From Myxococcota bacterium (GTDB lineage Bacteria > Myxococcota_A > Polyangia > Nannocystales > Nannocystaceae), in assembly GCA_039028615.1 (NCBI GenBank), contig JBCCHT010000002.1:416001-480000 (forward strand): a DNA stretch of 64,000 nucleotides, written 5' to 3'. The notes under the pieces were generated by a model, which was not told where the DNA came from, searched no databases, and saw only the letters and a program-made list of their open reading frames with translations. Shown piece after piece: positions 27,708 to 37,401 of the stretch; positions within the stretch are counted from its first letter, which is position 1, and each line of letters starts with the position of its first letter. The position numbers and the translations under genes are program-made.

Positions 27708-28129
27708 GACTGACGCTTAGATTTGCCATGCCTCGCACCACGCTGGCCCTCGCGCTCATCGGCATGTTCGGCTGCAGCGACACGCAGAAGAACGAGCACG
27801 TCGACCGGGGCCAGGCGTGCGTCAACAACAACGAAGACGGCAGCCACTCCGTCGACGTCGACTTCGGCATCTGCCTGAGTTCTTCGTGTGACTCGCTCGA
27901 TGAGGCCAGCTGCACCGCGGTGGTCGATGGCGACACGATCACCATCCGCGCCTCCGCCATCGTCACCAGCCCGCGAGGCTTTGCCGATTGCACCGCCGAC
28001 TGCCGTGGCGTGAGCACCGATTGCGAGGTCCCCGAGCTCACCCTCGACTCGTACACCGTGTGGTACGGCGGCAACAGCCAGCCACTCGACGTGACCAACG
28101 ATCTTTCGGTTTGCGTGACGGGGCGCTGA
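27704..28129 (+). CDS. Small Cys-rich lipoprotein
   Basis: LALALIGMFGC lipobox; CLSSSC, CTADC motifs. Confidence 0.7.
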   Translation: MRLTLRFAMPRTTLALALIGMFGCSDTQKNEHVDRGQACVNNNEDGSHSVDVDFGICLSSSCDSLDEASCTAVVDGDTITIRASAIVTSPRGFADCTADCRGVSTDCEVPELTLDSYTVWYGGNSQPLDVTNDLSVCVTGR

Positions 28130-28193
28130 CCGGGGCCGCTCCCGGCTGCGCCCTGGGGTGACACCCTGGGCCCAGCGCGGTGTTGGAGGGGCC

Positions 28194-28652
28194 GTGACCG
28201 CCACCAAGACCGTCCTCGCCTCGCTCGCTCTTTTCACCTTGGGCTCGCTCGCCTGCGCTCCGGGGCCCGTCGAGCCCTGGGATACAAACCTGCGGGACGG
28301 CATCGCGGTAGGCGGCTACGACGTCGTGGCCTACTTCGACGGTGAGGCCGTGCCCGGCGACGATGCCATTTCCACCGAGTGGGACGGCGTGACCTGGCTG
28401 TTCGCCGACGAGCAGTCCCGCGCCGTCTTCGAGGAGGACCCCGAAGCCTACGCCCCGCGCTACGGCGGCTGGTGTGCGTGGTCGATGCGATGGAACCAGA
28501 TCGTGGATTCCAAGCCCGGGCACTTCAGCATCGACGACGGCGAACTGTACCTGTTCAACAACGAAGACGCGCGGCGCAAGTGGGCCCGCGATCCGGCCCG
28601 GTACCGTCGCATCGCCGATCGCAACTGGGCCGAGATCGAGCTGCTGCCCTGA
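28194..28652 (+). CDS. YHS domain-containing lipoprotein
   Basis: GGAGG upstream of GTG; GYDVVAYF, F..DPEAYAPRYGGWCAW, DGELYLF. Confidence 0.85.
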   Translation: MTATKTVLASLALFTLGSLACAPGPVEPWDTNLRDGIAVGGYDVVAYFDGEAVPGDDAISTEWDGVTWLFADEQSRAVFEEDPEAYAPRYGGWCAWSMRWNQIVDSKPGHFSIDDGELYLFNNEDARRKWARDPARYRRIADRNWAEIELLP

Positions 28653-28681
28653 TCTCGGCCCACCCTAGCTCAACGCCCCGC

Positions 28682-30151
28682 TCAGGGTTCGTAACGGTAG
28701 TACTCCAGGCCGATGTCCTGGAAGTCGGCTTCGTTGCGATCGCCGATGCGGTCGATGGCAAACTCGCCCTTGGGTGTGAGCTCGAGGTCGACCTTGCCCG
28801 TGTCGTGGAGCTGCTCGTACTGCGCCTGGGTGAGGTCGACCACCGGCTCCAGGGTGGCGTCGAAGCCGATGCGGGAGGCCGCTTCACGCCAGCCCCGCTG
28901 CACGGTGGCAGGGATGGCCTCGGACGCGTCGCCGCTGCCGTAGCCGACGAGCAGCACCTGCTTGCCCTCGAGCTCGAGGTCGTCCTTGGTCGCCGCCTCG
29001 GCGAAGCCCCCCGCGATCCAGGCGGGCAACGAGGCGCTGTACAGGTTACCGAGCTTCATCATCGATGCGGCCCCGAGCGTCATCTTCTGCTCGACGACCT
29101 CCTTGAACTTCTCGGTGCTTCGGAAGTGCCGCACCGCCTTCATCGCGTTGCCGTAGACGTCCTCGCCGGCCCGCCCTTGCAGCACTTGTTCGAAGAGGTC
29201 GGGGCGGCTCGCCATCTCGGCCTTGACCTGGTCGAGCTCGACGCCTGCCCCCTTGCACAGCTCGCCCAGCTCACCGAGGTGCGCCTCGCTATGCGAAAGA
29301 CCCCATGCGTACAGGGCCGCCATGGCGTTGACGGGCATGCGGCGATAGGGACGGTGCATGAAGACCGCATCGACGCCGTGGTAGAAGTTCCGCGGCGTCA
29401 CCCTCAGGCGGCCGAGCATGTCCTCGAGCGCACGTACGGTGGCATCGACGTAGCAGACGGTGGAGTACTTGCCCGAGAACACGGGGAAGTCGTGCACCTT
29501 GCCCGTTTGCTCGGTGTAGCCCTCCATGAAGTGGCGTCGCGTGGGCTTGCGGAAGTCGGGGCCACGATAGTCCGACGCACTGCCGCCGCGCCGCAGGTCG
29601 AGCGAGAGCATGGTGGGCTGCTCGGACAGCAGCATGGCCACCGCTCCCGCGCCCTGAGTCGGCTCGCCACTGCTGCCCCGCTCGTACTCGGCGATGTCGC
29701 CACACACCACGATGGCCAGGCGCCCCTCGCCGTCGTGCGACAGGTAGCGAAGACCAGCCTTGAGCGCATAGACCCCGCCGAGGCACGCGTGCTTGAACTC
29801 GGGCACCTCGCAGTTGCGAGCCAGCTCGGGGTGCCCCAGCTGACGCAGCGCCCGGTTGACCATGCCCTTGACGATCACCGCGCCCGCAGAGTTGTCGGTG
29901 CTGGATTCCGTGCCGAAGCCCAAGAAACCGACTCGCGCCGGATCGACGTCATAGTCGATCAGCAGCCGCAAGACCGCGTTGGCAGCCATGGTGTAGATGG
30001 ACTCGTAGGGCGCCTTCATACGGAAGCTCTCGCCTACGACGGATCGAACCTTTCCCCAGGTCCCTCCCGTCCACTGACACCAGTCCTCCAGCTGCACTCG
30101 CAGCCTCGGGACGTACACCTTCATTCCACTGATTCCGTATTCGTTTCTCAT
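28682..30151 (-). CDS. mvaS: Hydroxymethylglutaryl-CoA synthase family
   Basis: GTESS.D (catalytic Glu), KHACLGG (Cys), EPTQGAGAVA, HRPY (His), GNLYSASL, YGSG. Confidence 0.8.
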   Translation of the reverse strand: MRNEYGISGMKVYVPRLRVQLEDWCQWTGGTWGKVRSVVGESFRMKAPYESIYTMAANAVLRLLIDYDVDPARVGFLGFGTESSTDNSAGAVIVKGMVNRALRQLGHPELARNCEVPEFKHACLGGVYALKAGLRYLSHDGEGRLAIVVCGDIAEYERGSSGEPTQGAGAVAMLLSEQPTMLSLDLRRGGSASDYRGPDFRKPTRRHFMEGYTEQTGKVHDFPVFSGKYSTVCYVDATVRALEDMLGRLRVTPRNFYHGVDAVFMHRPYRRMPVNAMAALYAWGLSHSEAHLGELGELCKGAGVELDQVKAEMASRPDLFEQVLQGRAGEDVYGNAMKAVRHFRSTEKFKEVVEQKMTLGAASMMKLGNLYSASLPAWIAGGFAEAATKDDLELEGKQVLLVGYGSGDASEAIPATVQRGWREAASRIGFDATLEPVVDLTQAQYEQLHDTGKVDLELTPKGEFAIDRIGDRNEADFQDIGLEYYRYEP

Positions 30152-30771
30152 CGTATTCCCCCGGTTTGCCGTGCACGTCGCAACCCCCGCGACGCGTCAC
30201 GATTTTCCCCACATTCGTTTTGAGGGGCACTCGGCCCGAAGTCAATCGATGATGTCGGGCCAATCGAAGAGGCGGTGCTCGATGCGAAGATCGAGCCTGA
30301 ACTGCGGTTCGACCCCGGGGACGCCCGGCAAGGACGTGGTCGTACTCGGTCGTTGTCGAGCGCGGTCCCGAGCCCGCGACTGTCGCGGTCCGACCTGCCA
30401 TGTTCGCAACCGGGGTATCCCCTACTCGCCACGGCAACGAAGGTTCGAAGCGGTCTCGATCGATCCGAGGATGCAGACCTCGCGACGGGCGGCATGTCGC
30501 CGACATTCTCTCCAACCAGCGACTCGGATCACACATTTTATTTCGCCGTGAAATGCAACCGTGCACCCCGGTACGCACGAAAATCGCCGGCCCCGGAGTA
30601 GGTCTTCGACGGTCGTGGAACCGATCGCCGTTCGGAGGCCGACGACTCGTTTTTGCGGTGCGAGATCCGTGCGCCTCGATGCGCACGTGCAGGTTCATGC
30701 GTTGCGACCTCGGTCACGGTCGACGTCAATCCCACCTGGTCGCCGTCACTCCACGTCTCAGGGTGGACGAC

Positions 30772-31359
30772 ATGCCCTTGTCACCGTCCCTCTGCGTATC
30801 GACCTTGCTGGCTATCGCACCTGCGGGCACCCCCGCCCCCGCTCCCACGGACACCATCACCACCACCGACACCGAGACGGCCGCCGCCCAGCCCGAGCCA
30901 CGCCGACCGTTTTGGGACGACAGTGGTCCCTACCTCTCGCTGGGCCTCGCCCCCTTCGCGAGCATGAACAACCAGGCCTTTCACCCCGGTGTCCGCTACG
31001 ACATCGAGTCGGGCGTGGCCCTGAGTCGACGTCGCGCCATGCTGTGGGTCGGCGCGGACTTTCATCTCATGCAGTTCCACGGCAAGCCGCGCCCCGGCTG
31101 GGGTGTCGATGTGGTGGCCACACTCAGCGGCCGCCACGTCTACGGCCGCGTCGGTGCAGGCACGGCCATGGGCATCCCCGGCGGCGCCGACGTGCGAGAC
31201 GTGCGTCCGATGGTCGGCGGACAGCTCGGGGCAGGCCTGGTCGGGCGCTTCGACGGCATCGAGGGGCGGCTCGGCCTCGACCTCGACACGCGCATCGACA
31301 CGACGGGGCGAGTCTCCAACACCCTGATGCTCGCGCTGCGTATCAACTTCGGCCCCTAG
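30772..31359 (+). CDS. Hypothetical exported protein, beta-barrel-like
   Basis: Signal-like N-terminus, Thr-rich linker, alternating Gly/aromatic strands ending LRINF. Confidence 0.55.
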   Translation: MPLSPSLCVSTLLAIAPAGTPAPAPTDTITTTDTETAAAQPEPRRPFWDDSGPYLSLGLAPFASMNNQAFHPGVRYDIESGVALSRRRAMLWVGADFHLMQFHGKPRPGWGVDVVATLSGRHVYGRVGAGTAMGIPGGADVRDVRPMVGGQLGAGLVGRFDGIEGRLGLDLDTRIDTTGRVSNTLMLALRINFGP

Positions 31360-31403
31360 AAGGTGATAGCGTCTCGGGTCCTGCCCCGACGGGCACGAGC
31401 CCC

Positions 31404-32060
31404 ATGGACCCCGAGCGCTACTACACCGACCTGGCCATGGCCTTCGTCCGCGGGCATCGCCCTGCGCTCGCGGACGCCGAGGCCGACCCGTCGACGGTCC
31501 TCGAGCGAGCGCGGGCCGAAGGACTCTCGCTCCACAAGTTCAAGCGCAACGCCACGCTGCCCCGCGTGGCCAAGGTCTTGGGCATCCTGCGCGGGCTAGG
31601 GCCCGAGGACCTGCTCGACATCGGCAGCGGGCGCGGGACCTTCCTGTGGCCGTTGCTCGACGCGTTCCCGCACCTGCCCGTGACCGCCCTGGATGCCGAT
31701 CCGCTCCGGGCTCGCGACCTGCACGCGGTCCGCGACGGCGGCATCACCCGGTTGCGGGCCATGCAGGGAGACGTCACCGCGCTCGATCTGCCCGATCGCT
31801 CGGTGGCCGTGGTGACCGCGCTCGAGGTGCTGGAGCACCTGGAAGCCCCCGCCACGGCGGCGGCGGAGCTGTTGCGGGTCGCTCGACGCTTCATCGTGGT
31901 CTCCGTCCCCTCCAAGCCCGACGACAACCCGCAGCACATCCAGCTGTTTTCGCCCGACTCCCTGCGCGACATGTTCATGCACGCGGGCGCCCGGCGAGTG
32001 CAGATCGATCACGTCCCGGGCCACATGGTCGCGGTCGTCCGCCTCGAGGAAAACCGATGA
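31404..32060 (+). CDS. Class I SAM-dependent methyltransferase (Hen1-like features)
   Basis: LLDIGSGRG, LEVLEHL, VVSVP...DNPQH; stop overlaps ligase start (ATGA). Confidence 0.8.
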   Translation: MDPERYYTDLAMAFVRGHRPALADAEADPSTVLERARAEGLSLHKFKRNATLPRVAKVLGILRGLGPEDLLDIGSGRGTFLWPLLDAFPHLPVTALDADPLRARDLHAVRDGGITRLRAMQGDVTALDLPDRSVAVVTALEVLEHLEAPATAAAELLRVARRFIVVSVPSKPDDNPQHIQLFSPDSLRDMFMHAGARRVQIDHVPGHMVAVVRLEENR

Positions 32061-32872
32061 GCCCCCTGCCTCTGCGCAAGTACCCACGAACCCGTCACCT
32101 CCGCGGCTCGCGGCTCCAACCCGGCGACGAGGATCTCAGCGCGGCCCCCTACTCCGAGATCGAGGGTCGTCACCTCGTGGTCGAAGAGAAGCTCGACGGC
32201 GCCAACGCGGGCGTGTGCTTCGACGAGGATGGGACCTTGCGTCTACAGAGCCGCGGCCACTACCTGACCGGGGGCTATCGCGAGCGCCACTTCGACTTGC
32301 TCAAGACCTGGGCCAGCTGCCACCGCGACGCGCTGTGGCGTGCGCTCGGCTCTCGCTACGTGATGTACGGCGAGTGGCTCTACGCCAAGCACACCATCTT
32401 CTACGACCGGCTGCCCTATTACTTCATGGAGTTCGACGTGCTCGACCGGCAGCGCGAGGTGTTCTTGTCGACGCCACGGCGACGCGAGCTGCTGGCCGGG
32501 GCCCCGGTGGCGCCCGTGCCCGTCGTTCACGAAGGCACCACGCCCTCCATCGAAGCCCTGGCCGAGCGGGTGAAGCCCTCGCGGTACAAGAGCGACCGCT
32601 GGCCGCAGCGCCTGCTCGAGGTGGCCGCGGGCGAGAAGCTCGACCCCAGCACCGTCGAACGCGAGACCGACCCGTCGCACCTCGCCGAGGGCCTGTACAT
32701 CAAGGTCGAAGAGGATGGCGTCGTCCACGGCCGCTACAAGTGGGTCCGCGCCAGCTTCCTGACCTCGGTCGTCGACTCGGGCAGCCACTGGATCGACCGC
32801 CCCATCGTGCCCAATCAGCTCGCGCCCGGGGTCGACCTGTACGCGCCCACGCTCGACGGCGACCGCTCGTGA
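32057..32872 (+). CDS. ATP-dependent RNA ligase family protein
   Basis: KYPRTRHL, motif I EEKLDGAN, YGEW, FMEFDVLD, EGLYIK, RYKWVR; no OB domain. Confidence 0.85.
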   Translation: MSPLPLRKYPRTRHLRGSRLQPGDEDLSAAPYSEIEGRHLVVEEKLDGANAGVCFDEDGTLRLQSRGHYLTGGYRERHFDLLKTWASCHRDALWRALGSRYVMYGEWLYAKHTIFYDRLPYYFMEFDVLDRQREVFLSTPRRRELLAGAPVAPVPVVHEGTTPSIEALAERVKPSRYKSDRWPQRLLEVAAGEKLDPSTVERETDPSHLAEGLYIKVEEDGVVHGRYKWVRASFLTSVVDSGSHWIDRPIVPNQLAPGVDLYAPTLDGDRS

Positions 32873-33996
32873 ACGACGTCGCACGAGCCTTGCACCTGCC
32901 CGCCGCGCCCCACTGGAGCGTGGACTGGGATGCACTCGACCGCGACTTCGAGTGGGTTCGTGCGATGCGAGGCTGCCCTCAGGACCCATACTTTCACGCC
33001 GAGGGTGACGTCTGGATCCACACCCGCATGGTCTGCGAAGAGATGGCCCTGCTCGCAGCGTTCCGTGACGCCGAGCCTGCGCTGCGGCTGCGCCTATTCG
33101 CCGCCGCGTTGTTGCACGACGTGGCCAAGCCTCGCTGTACGGTCGAGGAGGACGGCCGCATTCGATCGCCCGGGCACTCCCCGGCCGGCGCCCTCGATGC
33201 GCGGCGGATCCTGTGGCAGCTCGGACTGCCCCGCCCCGAACGGGAGGCCATCTGCGCGCTCATTCGCTACCACCAGGTGCCGTACCACTGGGCCTCGCGA
33301 CGCGACAGCCAACGCCTGGTGATTCGCCTGAGCCAGACGGCGGTGCTGCAGCACCTGAGCTGGCTCGCCGAGGCCGACCTGCGAGGCCGTCACTGCGACG
33401 ACCGAGCGGCGCAGCTCGAGAACAACGCGCTGTTTGCCGAGTATGTCGACGAGCTGGGCTGCTTGCAGGGTCCCTGGCCCTTCGCCAACGACCACGCCCG
33501 GCTCATGTTCTTTCGCCGCCCCGATCGCGACCCGCACTGGGAAGCCTTCGACGACACCCGATTTCGCGTCACGGTGATGAGCGGCCTGCCCGGGGCGGGC
33601 AAGAGCTCGTGGATCGCAGCCCATGCCGCCGATCAACCGATCATCGAGCTCGATGCGATCCGCCGCGAACTCGGCATCAGCCCGGCCGAGTCCCAGGGCA
33701 AGGTGATCGACGTCGCCCGCAGCCGAGCCCGCGAGCACCTGCGTCGCGACCAGCCCTTCGTGTGGGACGCGACCAGCCTGACTCGCTCCCTACGGGCCCG
33801 CATCGTCAACCTCGGGCTCGACTACGGCGCACGCGTTCGGGTGGTGCACGTCGAGGCCCCCGCCGACCTGCTCTTCGAGCGCAACCGAGACCGGCCCTAC
33901 CCCGTGCCGAATGCAGTGCTCGAGCGCATGATTCAGCGCTGGGATCCGCCCGACCCCACCGAGGCCCACGAGATCACGTTCGTGGACAACGACTAG
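32869..33996 (+). CDS. HD-Pnk: HD phosphoesterase plus P-loop polynucleotide kinase
   Basis: QDPYFHAEGDVWIHT, LLHDVAK, GH, H, D in HD domain; GLPGAGKS, LD.IR, WDATSL...R in kinase; GTGA overlap with ligase stop. Confidence 0.85.
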   Translation: MNDVARALHLPAAPHWSVDWDALDRDFEWVRAMRGCPQDPYFHAEGDVWIHTRMVCEEMALLAAFRDAEPALRLRLFAAALLHDVAKPRCTVEEDGRIRSPGHSPAGALDARRILWQLGLPRPEREAICALIRYHQVPYHWASRRDSQRLVIRLSQTAVLQHLSWLAEADLRGRHCDDRAAQLENNALFAEYVDELGCLQGPWPFANDHARLMFFRRPDRDPHWEAFDDTRFRVTVMSGLPGAGKSSWIAAHAADQPIIELDAIRRELGISPAESQGKVIDVARSRAREHLRRDQPFVWDATSLTRSLRARIVNLGLDYGARVRVVHVEAPADLLFERNRDRPYPVPNAVLERMIQRWDPPDPTEAHEITFVDND

Positions 33997-34461
33997 CGCG
34001 AGGCGACCGCTTGCTCTCGACCCGCGATTCGCCAACGACCCCCTGCAAGTGGCCCGCAGTGGGCCGAATCCGGTCGAACGCAAAACGCTTCGCACCTCGG
34101 AGTTTTCGACGACCCGCCTCCGCTTCCGCCCGGCCTCACGCCCGCTCGGTCATGAGCCCGCCTGCGTTGCTTTCTTGAAGACAGCCCTCGCCGGGTACGA
34201 TAGTTTGGCCCGGTGCCGTGCCCCCTGCAGCTCAGAACGCGAATTCGCCGAGAGGCGTCGCTTCGCGTACCTGCGGGCCAATCTCGGCATCAGCACGCCC
34301 CCTTCCGCGGAGGGGTGGCACGGGCTCGAGCCCACCGCCCGGGGCTCGACGCGTCAGCCCGCGAGGCGACCGACCGAACCTGCGAACAACGAAGACCCCG
34401 CGCCGTCCGCTGCCATCCATGCGCAGCGCCGCACCAGCGCCCCTAGGGGAGGAACCAGCAC

Positions 34462-35577
34462 GTGGCCGACATCAGCATCGAAGTCAACGGAATGAAATTC
34501 AAAAACCCGTTCGTGATCGGGTCGGGCCCCCCGGGGACCAACTACAAGACGATCGCGAAGTCGTTCAAGTGCGGCTGGGGTGGAGTGGTAGCCAAGACCG
34601 TTGCGCTCGATGACACCCCCGTGGTCAACGTCGCCCCCCGCTATGGCAAGTGGCGTCACCCCCAGTTCCCCAACCCCAAGGGCAACCAAGACGTCATCGG
34701 CTTCCAGAACATCGAGCTGATCAGCGACCGGGGCATCACCGACTGGCTCCCCGAGTTCAAGCGGGCCAAGGACGACTTCCCCGAGGGCATCCTCATCGCA
34801 TCGCTGATGGAGAGCTACGAGAAGTCGCGCTGGCAGGACCTGGTCGGCCTGTGCGACGAGGCTGGCGTCGACGGCTTCGAGCTCAACTTCTCGTGCCCGC
34901 ACGGCCACCCCGAGACCAAGATGGGCGCCGCCATGGGTCAGAACCCCCCCATCGTGCAGGAGGTCACCGGCTGGTGCGTCGAAGCCACCAACAAGCCGGT
35001 GTGGGCCAAGATGACGCCCAACATCACCGACATCCGCACGCAGGCCCGGGCCGCCATCGCGGGCGGTGCTTCGGGCGTCGCCGCCATCAACACCATCCTC
35101 GCCGTCATCGGGGTCAACCTCGACACCCTGCGCCCCATGCCGACCGTCGAGGGGCACTCGACCCCCGGTGGCTATAGCTACTACGCGGTCAAGCCCATCG
35201 CGCTGCGCATGGTGAGCGAGATGATCCTCGACCAGCCCGACCTCACCGTGTCGGGCATCGGCGGGGTCGCGCATGCTCGCGACGCCATCGAGTTCCTGCT
35301 GCTGGGAGCCAAGACCGTTCAGGTCTGCACCGGGGTGATGATGCACGGCCACAAGATGGTCACCGGTCTCATCGAGGGCCTCGAGCAGTGGATGGACGAG
35401 AAGGGCTACGCCAACGTCACCGACTTCATCGGCGCGTCGCTGCCCTACTTCACGACCCACCACGATCTGGTCGAAAAACAGATCGCGGCCAAGCTCGAGA
35501 AGGCCGGCAAGTCCAAGCTCGACACCGAGTGGGACGAGAACATCGCCGAGCAGACCGACAACTTGACCACCAAGTAG
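34462..35577 (+). CDS. preA: Dihydropyrimidine dehydrogenase FMN subunit (PreA/PYD1-like, no ferredoxin tail)
   Basis: NPFVIGSGPP, NIELISDR, ELNFSCPHG, AKMTPN, AINT, SGIGG, VQVCT; GGAGG upstream of GTG. Confidence 0.85.
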   Translation: MADISIEVNGMKFKNPFVIGSGPPGTNYKTIAKSFKCGWGGVVAKTVALDDTPVVNVAPRYGKWRHPQFPNPKGNQDVIGFQNIELISDRGITDWLPEFKRAKDDFPEGILIASLMESYEKSRWQDLVGLCDEAGVDGFELNFSCPHGHPETKMGAAMGQNPPIVQEVTGWCVEATNKPVWAKMTPNITDIRTQARAAIAGGASGVAAINTILAVIGVNLDTLRPMPTVEGHSTPGGYSYYAVKPIALRMVSEMILDQPDLTVSGIGGVAHARDAIEFLLLGAKTVQVCTGVMMHGHKMVTGLIEGLEQWMDEKGYANVTDFIGASLPYFTTHHDLVEKQIAAKLEKAGKSKLDTEWDENIAEQTDNLTTK

Positions 35578-35595
35578 TCGAGGCGTTCGTTCGAC

Positions 35596-35633
35596 CAAAA
35601 GCGCCTTGCGGTGGACACCGCACGGCGCTTTTG
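35596..35633. terminator. Intrinsic (possibly bidirectional) terminator
   Basis: CAAAAGCGCC-TTGCGGTG-GA-CACCGCA-CGGCGCTTTTG hairpin with A/T flanks, 19 nt after the preA stop. Confidence 0.75.
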
Positions 35634-35883
35634 TATTGGGCCTCTCCTGCGGCGGCTCCGCCGATGTTGCGACTCAGCCAGGGAACCTCTTACTCGTTCA
35701 TGAAATTGATGAGCGTCTTCAGTTCGAAACTCACGGGTGTACCGCACACGGAGCACTGGCCTGCCGGTGTTTCGCCGCGATCACAACGATCGGCAGTTAT
35801 CGGGGCTAGGAATGCCATCGATCACCTCCTCGAAGTGAGCGAGGCGCGCCGGGTGGACGTTTCCGCGCCGTATCCGCATCGTT

Positions 35884-35902
35884 GATATTGAAAATTACTT
35901 TC
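35884..35902 (+). promoter_or_regulatory. Putative Fur box
   Basis: GATATTGAAAATTACTTTC, 14/19 match to GATAATGATAATCATTATC; AT-rich island just upstream of the imelysin ATG. Confidence 0.65.
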
Positions 35903-35916
35903 AGTATAAGCCGCCC

Positions 35917-37401
35917 ATGACCATTCGTGGCCTCCAACTCTCGTCCCTCGTGCTGACCATGGCCCTCGCCGGCTCCGTTGGTTGCCCGTCGGACGATGGC
36001 AATGATGACGATGCGGGCGCGGACGGAACCGACGGCGGCTCCGCGGTCGAGCACAACCTCGAGCAGCTTCAGCAGGTGCTCCAGACGAACGCCGACATTG
36101 CCTTCGCCGCGTACTCCGACTCGGTGACCACCGCCGAGCAGCTGTCGGCGGCCATCGACGCTCTCGTTGCCGATCCCACCGATCAAAACCTCACCGCGGC
36201 CAAGAGCGCCTGGCTCGTCGCCCGTGAACCCTACGGACAGACCGAGGTCTACCGCTTCCGCGCCAGCCCCATCGACGACACCAACTACGACGCCTCCGAC
36301 GACGAAGACGGCCCCGAAGGCGACATCAACGCCTGGCCGCTCGGCGAGGGCCTGATCGACTACGTCGTGACCGGCACCGACTTCGGTGACGATCAGGTCA
36401 ACGTCTCGGGCCACCAGACCGGCGTCGCCGACCCGATCCCCGACAACAACATCATCAACTCGGTCGACATCACCATCGACGAGGCGCTCATCTCCAACAC
36501 CGCGACCGCGGAGGACGAGCACGACGTCATCGCGGGCTACCACGCGATCGAGTTCCTCCTTTGGGGTCAGGACCTCAACGCCGACGGCAGCGCCGACACC
36601 ATCGACAGCCGCGACGGAACCCCGGGGCAGCGCCCCGTCACCGACTTCGCGCTCGACGAGACCTGCACCAGCGGCGACGTCGTCAACGGCGACCCCACGC
36701 TGTGCCAGCGCCGTGGCCTGTACCTGCAGGTCGCCGTGGCCAAGCTCATCGCCGACCTCACCCAGGTGCGCGATGGCTGGGCCGAGGGCGCCGAGTACCG
36801 CACCGCCTTCACCACCGCGGACGACGTCGACACGGCCAAGGCCAAGCTGCTCGAGATCCTCGTGGGCATGGGCACCCTGTCCGAGGGCGAGCTCGCGGGC
36901 GAGCGCATGCAGATCGCGCTGTCGGCCAACTCGCAGGAGGACGAGCACTCGTGCTTCGCCGACAACACGCACCGTGACATCTGGCTCAACGCCGAGGGTG
37001 TCTCGAACTCGTACTTCGGCGACTACGCCGGCTACGACAGCACGCTGGACGGCAGCGACAACGAGACCGGCAACGCGGTCAGCGGCTACGGCATCGACGA
37101 CTACCTCACCGACCTCGGACTCACCGACCTGGAGAGCGCCGTGTCGGGGGCCCTGGCCACCACCGAGACCAACTACAACGCCATCGACGCCCTCTCTCGC
37201 GGGGGATCGCCGGTCGACGTACAGATCCTCGACGCCACGGCCGACACGGCCGCCGCCATGCGCGATACGATCATCTCGCTGAACGCCCAGTCCGCCCAGA
37301 TCGCCAGCATCGCGGTCGAGCTGGACGTCGGTTCGGCCGAGGACGTGGTCGACCCCGAGGCATCGGAGTGTGATACCACCGATCCCACGGCCGAGTGCTA
37401 G
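35917..37401 (+). CDS. Imelysin family (IrpA/IcmP-like) lipoprotein
   Basis: Lipobox SVGC; AWLVAREPYGQTEVYRF, INAWP, GYHAIEFLLWGQD, GELAGERM, EDEHSCFADNT. Confidence 0.9.
   Translation: MTIRGLQLSSLVLTMALAGSVGCPSDDGNDDDAGADGTDGGSAVEHNLEQLQQVLQTNADIAFAAYSDSVTTAEQLSAAIDALVADPTDQNLTAAKSAWLVAREPYGQTEVYRFRASPIDDTNYDASDDEDGPEGDINAWPLGEGLIDYVVTGTDFGDDQVNVSGHQTGVADPIPDNNIINSVDITIDEALISNTATAEDEHDVIAGYHAIEFLLWGQDLNADGSADTIDSRDGTPGQRPVTDFALDETCTSGDVVNGDPTLCQRRGLYLQVAVAKLIADLTQVRDGWAEGAEYRTAFTTADDVDTAKAKLLEILVGMGTLSEGELAGERMQIALSANSQEDEHSCFADNTHRDIWLNAEGVSNSYFGDYAGYDSTLDGSDNETGNAVSGYGIDDYLTDLGLTDLESAVSGALATTETNYNAIDALSRGGSPVDVQILDATADTAAAMRDTIISLNAQSAQIASIAVELDVGSAEDVVDPEASECDTTDPTAEC

Noticed and set aside
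28194..28652. Possible selenoprotein (some YHS family members have Sec)
   Set aside because: The position is TGT (Cys) in GGWCAW; no in-frame TGA
30152..30771. ncRNA or small ORFs in the long divergent intergenic region
   Set aside because: No recognisable RNA motif; the ORFs lack codon bias or motifs
33997..34461. Riboswitch or mobile element upstream of preA; 13-nt direct repeat CGCGAGGCGACCG at 33997 and 34360
   Set aside because: No recognisable aptamer consensus or terminal inverted repeats; a short GC-rich repeat may be chance; an Rfam scan would be needed
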